64,000 nt of DNA from the human T2T-CHM13v2.0 reference genome, Homo sapiens, in NCBI RefSeq assembly GCF_009914755.1, contig NC_060944.1, one strand, 5' to 3'. Below, one piece after another: positions 54,601 through 64,000 of the stretch. Every line of letters starts with the position of its first letter. Within the stretch, counting starts at the first letter, position 1. Position numbers and translations under genes: made by a program. Below the pieces are notes generated by a model. It saw only the letters and a program-made list of their open reading frames with translations, made no database searches and had not been told where the DNA came from.

Positions 54601-57600
54601 TGAGGATTTCGTTGGAAACGGGAATACATGTAAAAAGCAGACAGCAGCATTCTCAGAAACTTCTTTGTGATGTTTGCATTGAACTCACAGAGTTGAACAT
54701 TCCCTTTGAGAGAGCAGGTTTGAAACACGCCTTTTGTCATATCTGGAAGTGTCCATTCGGAGCGCATTCAGGCTTGTGTTGAAAAAGGAAATATCCTCCC
54801 AGAAAAACTAGACAGAAGCATTCTCAGAAACTTATCTGTGATGTATGTACTCAACTAACAGAACTAAACCATCGTTTTGAAGGAGCAGTTTTGAAACACT
54901 CATTTTGCGGAATCTGCAAGTGGATATTTGGCTAGCTGGGAGGATTTCGTTGGAAACGGGATTACATACAAAAAGCAGACAGCAGCATTCTCAGAAACTT
55001 CTTTGTGATGTTTGCATTCAAGTCACAGAGTTGAACATTCCCTTTCATAGAGCAGGTTTGAAACACTCTTTTTGTAGTATCTGGATGTGGACATTTGGAT
55101 CGCTTTCAGGCCTATGGTGAAAAAGGAAATATCTTCCCATGAAAACTAGACAGAAGCATTCTCAGAAACTTATTTGTGATGTGTGCCCTCAACTGACAGT
55201 GTTGAACCTTTGTTTTGATAGAGCAGTTCTGAAACACACTTTTTGTAAAATCTGCAAGAGGATATTTGGATAGCTTTGAGGATTTCGTTGGAAACGGGAA
55301 TGTCTTCATGTAAACTCTAGACAGAAGCATTCTCAGAAACTGCTTTGGGATGTTTCAATTGAAGTCCCAGTGTTGAACATTCCCTTTCATAGAGCAGGTT
55401 TGAAACACTCTTTTTGTACTATCTGGAAGTGGACATTTGGAGCGCTTTCAGGTCTACGGTGAAAAAGGAGATATCTTCCAATAAAAACTAGATAGAAGCA
55501 ATGTCAGAACTTTTTTCATGATGTATCTACTCAGCAAACAGAGTTGAACCTTTCTTTTGAGAGAGCAGTTTTGAAACACTCTTTTTGTGGAATATGCAAG
55601 TGGGTATTAGGCCAGCTTGGAGGATTTCGTTGGAAACGGGAATACGTATAAAAAGCAGACAGCAGCATTGTCAGAAACTACTTTGTGATGTTTGCATTCA
55701 AGTCACAGAATTGAACACTCCCTTTCACAGAGCAGGTTTGAAACACTCTTTTTGTAGTGTCTGTAAGTGAACATTTGGATTGCTTTCAGGCCTAAGGTGA
55801 AAAAGGAAATATCTTCCCATAAAAACTAGACAGAAGCATTCTCAGAAACTTGTTTGTGATGTGTGCCCTCTACTGACAGAGTTGAACCTTTCTTTGCAAA
55901 GAGCAGTTTTGAAACACCCTTTTTGTAGAATCTGCAAGAGGATATTTGGATAGCTTTGAGGATTTCTTGGGAAACGGGAATGTCTTCAGATAAACTCTAG
56001 ACAGAAGCATTCTCAGAAACTTCTTTGGGATGTTTCAATTGAAGTCACAGTGTTGAACATTCCCTTTCACAGAGCAGGTTTGAAACACTCTTTTTGTAGT
56101 GTCTATAAGTGAACATTTGGCGTGCTTTCAGGCGTAACGTGAAAAAGGAAATATCTTCCCATAAAAACTAGACAGAAGCATTCTCAGAAACTTGTTCTTG
56201 ATGTGTCCCCTCTACTGACAGAGTTGAACCTTTCTTTGCAAAGAGCAGCTTTGAAACACACTTTTTGTAGAATCTGCAAGAGGATATTTGGATAGCTTGG
56301 AGGATTTCGTTGGAAACGGGTATGTCTTCAGATAAACTCTAGACAGAAGCATTCTCAGAAACTTCTTTGGGATGTTGCATTCAAGTCACAGAGTAGAACA
56401 TTCCCATTCATAGAGCAGATTTGAAACACTCTTTTTGTAGTATCTGGAAGTGGACATTTGGAGCGCTTTCAGGCCTATGTTGAAAAAGGAAATATCTTCC
56501 CATAAAAACTAGACGGAAGCATTCTCAGAAACTTATTTGTGATGTGTTTGCTCAACTAACAGGATTGAACCATCGTTTTGAAGGAGCAGTTTTGAAACAC
56601 TGTTTTCGTGGAATCTGCAAGTGGATATTTGGCTAGCTTTGAGGATTTCGTTGGAAACGGGATTACATATAAAAAGGAGACAGCAGCATTCTCAGAAACT
56701 TCTTTGTGATGTCTGCATTCAGTTCACAGAGTTGAGCATTCCCTTTCATAGAGCAGGTTGGAAACACTCTTTTTGTAGTATCTGGATGAGGACATTTGGA
56801 GCGCTTTCAGGCGTATGGTGAAAAAGGAAATATCTTCCCGTAAAAACTAGACAGAAGCATTCTCAGAAGTTTATTTGTGATGTGTGCCCTCAACTAACAG
56901 AGTTGAACCTTTCTTTTGATAGAGCAGTTTTGAAACACTCTTTTTGTAAAATCTGCAAGAGGATATTTGGATAGCTTTGAGGATTTCGTTGCAAACGGGA
57001 ATGGCTTCATATAAACTCTAGACAGAAGCATTCTCAGAAACTTCGTTGGGATGTTTCGATTGAAGTCCCAGTGTTGAACACTCCTTTTTATAGAGCAGGT
57101 TGAAAACACTCTTTCTGCATTCCCTGGAAGTGGACATTTGGAGCGCTTTCAGGACGACGGTGAAAATGGAAATATCTTCCAATAAAATCTAGATAGAAGC
57201 AATGTCAGAAACTTTTATGTGATGGATCTACTCAGCTAACAGAGTTGAACCTTTCTTTTGAGAGAGCAGTTTTGCAACACTCTTTTTGTGGAATATGCAA
57301 GTGGATATTAGGGCAGCTTTGAGGATTTCGTTGGAAACGGGAATACATGTAAAAAGCAGACAGCAGCATTCTCAGAAACTTCTTTGTGATGTTTGCATTG
57401 AAGTCACAGAGTTGAACATTCCCTTTGAGAGAGCAGGTTTGAAACACGCCTTTTGTCATATCTGGAAGTGTCCATTCGGAGCGCATTCAGGCTTGTGTTG
57501 AAAAAGGAAATATCCTCCCATAAAAACTAGACAGAAGCATTCTCAGAAACTTATCTGTGATGTATGTACTCAACTAACAGAACTAAACCATCGTTTTGAA

Positions 57601-60600
57601 GGAGCAGTTTTGAAACACTCTTTTTGCGGAATCTGCAAGTGGATATTTGGCTAGCTGGGAGGATTTCGTTGGAAACGGGATTACATACAAAAAGCAGACA
57701 GCAGCATTCTCAGAAACTTCTTTGTGATGTTTGCATTCAAGTCACAGAGTTGAACATTCCCTTTCATAGAGCAGGTTTGAAACACTCTTTTTGTAGTATC
57801 TGGATGTGGACATTTGGATCGCTTTCAGGCCTATGGTGAAAAAGGAAATATCTTCCCATGAAAACTAGACAGAAGCATTCTCAGAAACTTATTTGTGATG
57901 TGTGCCCTCAACTGACAGTGTTGAACCTTTGTTTTGATAGAGCAGTTCTGAAACACACTTTTTGTAAAATCTGCAAGAGGATATTTGGATAGCTTTGAGG
58001 ATTTCGTTGGAAACGGGAATGTCTTCATGTAAACTCTGGACAGAAGCATTCTCAGAAACTGCTTTGGGATGTTTCAATTGAAGTCCCAGTGTTGAACATT
58101 CCCTTTCATAGAGCAGGTTTGAAACACTCTTTTTGTACTATCTGGAAGTGGACATTTGGAGCGCTTTCAGGTCTACGGTGAAAAAGGAGATATCTTCCAA
58201 TAAAAACTAGATAGAAGCAATGTCAGAACTTTTTTCATGATGTATCTACTCAGCAAACAGAGTTGAACCTTTCTTTTGAGAGAGCAGTTTTGAAACACTC
58301 TTTTTGTGGAATATGCAAGTGGGTATTAGGCCAGCTTGGAGGATTTCGTTGGAAACGGGAATACGTATAAAAAGCAGACAGCAGCATTGTCAGAAACTAC
58401 TTTGTGATGTTTGCATTCAAGTCACAGAATTGAACACTCCCTTTCACAGAGCAGGTTTGAAACACTCTTTTTGTAGTGTCTGTAAGTGAACATTTGGATT
58501 GCTTTCAGGCCTAAGGTGAAAAAGGAAATATCTTCCCATAAAAACTAGACAGAAGCATTCTCAGAAACTTGTTTGTGATGTGTGCCCTCTACTGACAGAG
58601 TTGAACCTTTCTTTGCAAAGAGCAGTTTTGAAACACCCTTTTTGTAGAATCTGCAAGAGGATATTTGGATAGCTTTGAGGATTTCTTGGGAAACGGGAAT
58701 GTCTTCAGATAAACTCTAGACAGAAGCATTCTCAGAAACTTCTTTGGGATGTTTCAATTGAAGTCACAGTGTTGAACATTCCCTTTCACAGAGCAGGTTT
58801 GAAACACTCTTTTTGTAGTGTCTATAAGTGAACATTTGGCGTGCTTTCAGGCGTAACGTGAAAAAGGAAATATCTTCCCATAAAAACTAGACAGAAGCAT
58901 TCTCAGAAACTTGTTCTTGATGTGTCCCCTCTACTGACAGAGTTGAACCTTTCTTTGCAAAGAGCAGCTTTGAAACACACTTTTTGTAGAATCTGCAAGA
59001 GGATATTTGGATAGCTTGGAGGATTTCGTTGGAAACGGGTATGTCTTCAGATAAACTCTAGACAGAAGCATTCTCAGAAACTTCTTTGGGATGTTGCATT
59101 CAAGTCACAGAGTAGAACATTCCCATTCATAGAGCAGATTTGAAACACTCTTTTTGTAGTATCTGGAAGTGGACATTTGGAGCGCTTTCAGGCCTATGTT
59201 GAAAAAGGAAATATCTTCCCATAAAAACTAGACGGAAGCATTCTCAGAAACTTATTTGTGATGTGTTTGCTCAACTAACAGGATTGAACCATCGTTTTGA
59301 AGGAGCAGTTTTGCAACACTGTTTTCGTGGAATCTGCAAGTGGATATTTGGCTAGCTTTGAGGATTTCGTTGGAAACGGGATTACATATAAAAAGGAGAC
59401 AGCAGCATTCTCAGAAACTTCTTTGTGATGTCTGCATTCAGTTCACAGAGTTGAGCATTCCCTTTCATAGAGCAGGTTGGAAACACTCTTTTTGTAGTAT
59501 CTGGATGAGGACATTTGGAGCGCTTTCAGGCGTATGGTGAAAAAGGAAATATCTTCCCGTAAAAACTAGACAGAAGCATTCTCAGAAGTTTATTTGTGAT
59601 GTGTGCCCTCAACTAACAGAGTTGAACCTTTCTTTTGATAGAGCAGTTTTGAAACACTCTTTTTGTAAAATCTGCAAGAGGATATTTGGATAGCTTTGAG
59701 GATTTCGTTGCAAACGGGAATGGCTTCATATAAACTCTAGACAGAAGCATTCTCAGAAACTTCGTTGGGATGTTTCGATTGAAGTCCCAGTGTTGAACAC
59801 TCCTTTTTATAGAGCAGGTTGAAAACACTCTTTCTGCATTCCCTGGAAGTGGACATTTGGAGCGCTTTCAGGACGACGGTGAAAATGGAAATATCTTCCA
59901 ATAAAATCTAGATAGAAGCAATGTCAGAAACTTTTATGTGATGGATCTACTCAGCTAACAGAGTTGAACCTTTCTTTTGAGAGAGCAGTTTTGCAACACT
60001 CTTTTTGTGGAATATGCAAGTGGATATTAGGGCAGCTTTGAGGATTTCGTTGGAAACGGGAATACATGTAAAAAGCAGACAGCAGCATTCTCAGAAACTT
60101 CTTTGTGATGTTTGCATTGAAGTCACAGAGTTGAACATTCCCTTTGAGAGAGCAGGTTTGAAACACGCCTTTTGTCATATCTGGAAGTGTCCATTCGGAG
60201 CGCATTCAGGCTTGTGTTGAAAAAGGAAATATCCTCCCATAAAAACTAGACAGAAGCATTCTCAGAAACTTATCTGTGATGTATGTACTCAACTAACAGA
60301 ACTAAACCATCGTTTTGAAGGAGCAGTTTTGAAACACTCTTTTTGCGGAATCTGCAAGTGGATATTTGGCTAGCTGGGAGGATTTCGTTGGAAACGGGAT
60401 TACATACAAAAAGCAGACAGCAGCATTCTCAGAAACTTCTTTGTGATGTTTGCATTCAAGTCACAGAGTTGAACATTCCCTTTCATAGAGCAGGTTTGAA
60501 ACACTCTTTTTGTAGTATCTGGATGTGGACATTTGGATCGCTTTCAGGCCTATGGTGAAAAAGGAAATATCTTCCCATGAAAACTAGACAGAAGCATTCT

Positions 60601-61957
60601 CAGAAACTTATTTGTGATGTGTGCCCTCAACTGACAGTGTTGAACCTTTGTTTTGATAGAGCAGTTCTGAAACACACTTTTTGTAAAATCTGCAAGAGGA
60701 TATTTGGATAGCTTTGAGGATTTCGTTGGAAACGGGAATGTCTTCATGTAAACTCTGGACAGAAGCATTCTCAGAAACTGCTTTGGGATGTTTCAATTGA
60801 AGTCCCAGTGTTGAACATTCCCTTTCATAGAGCAGGTTTGAAACACTCTTTTTGTACTATCTGGAAGTGGACATTTGGAGCGCTTTCAGGTCTACGGTGA
60901 AAAAGGAGATATCTTCCAATAAAAACTAGATAGAAGCAATGTCAGAACTTTTTTCATGATGTATCTACTCAGCAAACAGAGTTGAACCTTTCTTTTGAGA
61001 GAGCAGTTTTGAAACACTCTTTTTGTGGAATATGCAAGTGGGTATTAGGCCAGCTTGGAGGATTTCGTTGGAAACGGGAATACGTATAAAAAGCAGACAG
61101 CAGCATTGTCAGAAACTACTTTGTGATGTTTGCATTCAAGTCACAGAATTGAACACTCCCTTTCACAGAGCAGGTTTGAAACACTCTTTTTGTAGTGTCT
61201 GTAAGTGAACATTTGGATTGCTTTCAGGCCTAAGGTGAAAAAGGAAATATCTTCCCATAAAAACTAGACAGAAGCATTCTCAGAAACTTGTTTGTGATGT
61301 GTGCCCTCTACTGACAGAGTTGAAGCTTTCTTTGCAAAGAGCAGTTTTGAAACACTCTTTTTGTAGAATCTGCAAGAGGATATTTGGATAGCTTTGAGGA
61401 TTTCTTGGGAAACGGGAATGTCTTCAGATAAACTCTAGACAGAAGCATTCTCAGAAACTTCTTTGGGATGTTTCAATTGAAGTCACAGTGTTGAACATTC
61501 CCTTTCACAGAGCAGGTTTGAAACACTCTTTTTGTAGTGTCTATAAGTGAACATTTGGCGTGCTTTCAGGCCTAACGTGAAAAAGGAAATATCTTCCCAT
61601 AAAAACTAGACAGAAGCATTCTCAGAAACTTGTTCTTGATGTGTCCCCTCTACTGACAGAGTTGAACCTTTCTTTGCAAAGAGCAGCTTTGAAACACTCT
61701 TTTTGTAGAATCTGCAAGAGGATATTTGGATAGCTTGGAGGATTTCGTTGGAAACGGGTATGTCTTCAGATAAACTCTAGACAGAAGCATTCTCAGAAAC
61801 TTCTTTGGGATGTTGCATTCAAGTCACAGAGTAGAACATTCCCATTCATAGAGCAGATTTGAAACACTCTTTTTGTAGTATCTGGAAGTGGACATTTGGA
61901 GCGCTTTCAGGCCTATGTTGAAAAAGGAAATATCTTCCCATAAAAACTAGACGGAAG
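45644..61957 (+). repeat. Six tandem canonical 16-mers (starts 45644, 48363, 51082, 53801, 56520, 59239)
   Basis: Exact 2719-bp spacing of marker ORFs. Confidence 0.95.
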
Positions 61958-63313
61958 CATTCTCAGAAACTTATATGTGATGTGTTTGCTCAACTAACAG
62001 GATTGAACCATCGTTTTGAAGGAGCAGTTTTGAAACACTGTTTTCGTGGAATCTGCAAGTGGATATTTGGCTAGCTTTGAGGATTTCGTTGGAAACGGGA
62101 TTACATATAAAAAGGAGACAGCAGCATTCTCAGAAACTTCTTTGTGATGTCTGCATTCAATTCACAGAGTTGAGCATTCCCTTTCATAGAGCAGGTTGGA
62201 AACACTCTTTTTGTAGTATCTGGATGAGGACATTTGGAGCGCTTTCAGGCGTATGGTGAAAAAGGAAATATCTTCCCGTAAAAACTAGACAGAAGCATTC
62301 TCAGAAGTTTATTTGTGATGTGTGCCCTCAACTAACAGAGTTGAACCTTTCTTTTGATAGAGCAGTTTTGAAACACTCTTTTTGTAAAATCTGCAAGAGG
62401 ATATTTGGATAGCTTTGAGGATTTCGTTGCAAACGGGAATGGCTTCATATAAACTCTAGACAGAAGCATTCTCAGAAACTTCGTTGGGATGTTTCGATTG
62501 AAGTCCCAGTGTTGAACATTCCCTTTTATAGAGCAGGTTGGAAACACTCTTTCTGCATTCCCTGGAAGTGGACATTTGGAGCGCTTTCAGGACGACGGTG
62601 AAAATGGAAATATCTTCCAAGAAAATCTAGATAGAAGCAATGTCAGAAACTTTTATGTGATGGATCTACTCAGCTAACAGAGTTGAACCTTTCTTTTGAG
62701 AGAGCAGTTTTGCAACACTCTTTTTGTGGAATATGCAAGTGGATATTAGGGCAGCTTTGAGGATTTCGTTGGAAACGGGAATACATGTAAAAAGCAGACA
62801 GCAGCATTCTCAGAAACTTCTTTGTGATGTTTGCATTGAAGTCACAGAGTTGAACATTCCCTTTGAGAGAGCAGGTTTGAAACACGCCTTTTGTCATATC
62901 TGGAATTGTCCATTCGGAGCGCATTCAGGCTTGTGTTGAAAAAGGAAATATCCTCCCAGAAAAACTAGACAGAAGCATTCTCAGAAACTTATGTGTGATG
63001 TATGTACTCAACTAACAGAACTAAACCATCGTTTTGAAGGAGCAGTTTTGAAACACTCTTTTTGCGGAATCTGCAAGTGGATATTTGGCTAGCTGGGAGG
63101 ATTTCGTTGGAAACGGGATTACATACAAAAAGCAGAGAGCAGCATTCTCAGAAACTTCTTTGTGATGTTTGCATTCAAGTCACAGAGTTGAACATTCCCT
63201 TTCATAGAGCAGGTTTGAAACACTCTTTTTGTAGTATCTGGAAGTGGACATTTGGAGCGCTTTCAGGCCTATGTTGAAAAAGGAAATATCTTCCCATAAA
63301 AACTAGACGGAAG
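61958..63313 (+). repeat. 8-mer variant HOR (1356 bp): m1-m7 plus m8/m16 hybrid
   Basis: Marker ORF 62059 to 63415 is 1356 bp. The hybrid junction lies within 63214-63242. Confidence 0.95.
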
Positions 63314-64000
63314 CATTCTCAGAAACTTATTTGTGATGTGTTTGCTCAACTAACAGGATTGAACCATCGTTTTGAAGGAGCAGTTTTGAAACACTGTTTT
63401 CGTGGAATCTGCAAGTGGATATTTGGCTAGCTTTGAGGATTTCGTTGGAAACGGGATTACATATAAAAAGGAGACAGCAGCATTCTCAGAAACTTCTTTG
63501 TGATGTCTGCATTCAATTCACAGAGTTGAGCATTCCCTTTCATAGAGCAGGTTGGAAACACTCTTTTTGTAGTATCTGGATGAGGACATTTGGAGCGCTT
63601 TCAGGCGTATGGTGAAAAAGGAAATATCTTCCCGTAAAAACTAGACAGAAGCATTCTCAGAAGTTTATTTGTGATGTGTGCCCTCAACTAACAGAGTTGA
63701 ACCTTTCTTTTGATAGAGCAGTTTTGAAACACTCTTTTTGTAAAATCTGCAAGAGGATATTTGGATAGTTTTGAGGATTTCGTTGCAAACGGGAATGGCT
63801 TCATATAAACTCTAGACAGAAGCATTCTCAGAAACTTCGTTGGGATGTTTCGATTGAAGTCCCAGTGTTGAACATTCCCTTTTATAGAGCAGGTTGGAAA
63901 CACTCTTTCTGCATTCCCTGGAAGTGGACATTTGGAGCGCTTTCAGGACGACGGTGAAAATGGAAATATCTTCCAAGAAAATCTAGATAGAAGCAATGTC
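63314..64000 (+). repeat. Partial HOR (m1-m4 and the first bases of m5) truncated by the window edge
   Basis: The sequence continues in register to the end of the window. Confidence 0.93.

Larger units (their letters stand above)
1..64000 (+). repeat. Centromeric alpha-satellite HOR array: dimeric A/B monomers, 16-mer HOR of 2719 bp
   Basis: Motif cattctcagaaac(tt) recurs every 167-171 bp. CENP-B box tttcgttggaaacggga occurs in every second monomer. Near-identical ORF translations recur with a 2719-bp period (e.g. 3944, 6663, 9382, 12101). Same orientation throughout. Confidence 0.99.
1..64000 (+). repeat. Probable identity: SF2 (D1/D2-type) active HOR array of human chromosome 20 (D20Z2 / S2C20H1L)
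   Basis: Strictly dimeric CENP-B box spacing argues against pentameric SF3 D17Z1, which is also a 2.7-kb 16-mer. Monomers resemble the D1/D2 consensus as I recall it, and a 16-mer with an 8-mer variant matches what I recall for D20Z2. Not verified by alignment. Confidence 0.75.

Noticed and set aside
207-63903. The many 61-96 aa ORFs on both strands, recurring with near-identical translations
   Set aside because: They are chance stop-free frames in alpha-satellite, repeated by the HOR period. Most begin at GTG/TTG or similar, they overlap on opposite strands, and they show no recognisable domain. Similar 'hypothetical proteins' in databases are generally satellite mistranslations.
1-64000. 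CRISPR-like appearance (conserved motif plus variable intervening sequence)
   Set aside because: The intervening segments are homologous to each other and repeat exactly every HOR. There are no unique spacers and no cas genes.
1-64000. Assignment to D17Z1, also a 2.7-kb 16-mer
   Set aside because: D17Z1 is pentameric SF3, whereas this array shows strict A/B dimer alternation with a box position in every second monomer.
1-64000. L1/Alu insertion, inversion or non-satellite island
   Set aside because: Every inter-marker distance is accounted for by whole monomers (2719, 2721, 2381, 2377, 1356 bp). I saw no poly-A tail, target-site duplication or strand switch.
1-64000. Claim that this window is the kinetochore site (CENP-A domain or centromere dip region)
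   Set aside because: This is defined epigenetically and cannot be read from sequence. High homogeneity and dense CENP-B boxes only indicate an active-type array.

Overview
The whole 64-kb window is one uninterrupted, single-orientation array of primate centromeric alpha-satellite DNA. It is built from ~171-bp monomers that alternate A-type (pJalpha-site) and B-type (CENP-B-box), organised into a 16-monomer higher-order repeat (HOR) of 2719 bp. The monomer types, strict dimeric alternation, 16-mer length and 8-mer variant best fit suprachromosomal family 2, probably human chromosome 20 D20Z2 (S2C20H1L); this is from recall and no database search was run. With my own monomer numbering (m1 = cattctcagaaacttatttgtgatgtgtttgctc), there are 20 full 16-mers (one carrying +2 bp), one 22-monomer compound unit, one 14-mer, two free-standing 8-mers, and partial units at both ends. 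I saw no genes, RNA genes, transposon insertions, inversions or CRISPR arrays; the ORF track is an artefact of the satellite periodicity. I found no evidence of a new gene-encoded system. The interesting signal lies in array evolution: in-register deletions that all break in the same segment of A-type monomers, SNV-defined 2-HOR and 4-HOR super-periods, a haplotype transition near 25 kb, a cluster of private mutations at one junction, and CENP-B box gains and losses. All SNV calls were made by eye and may be incomplete.
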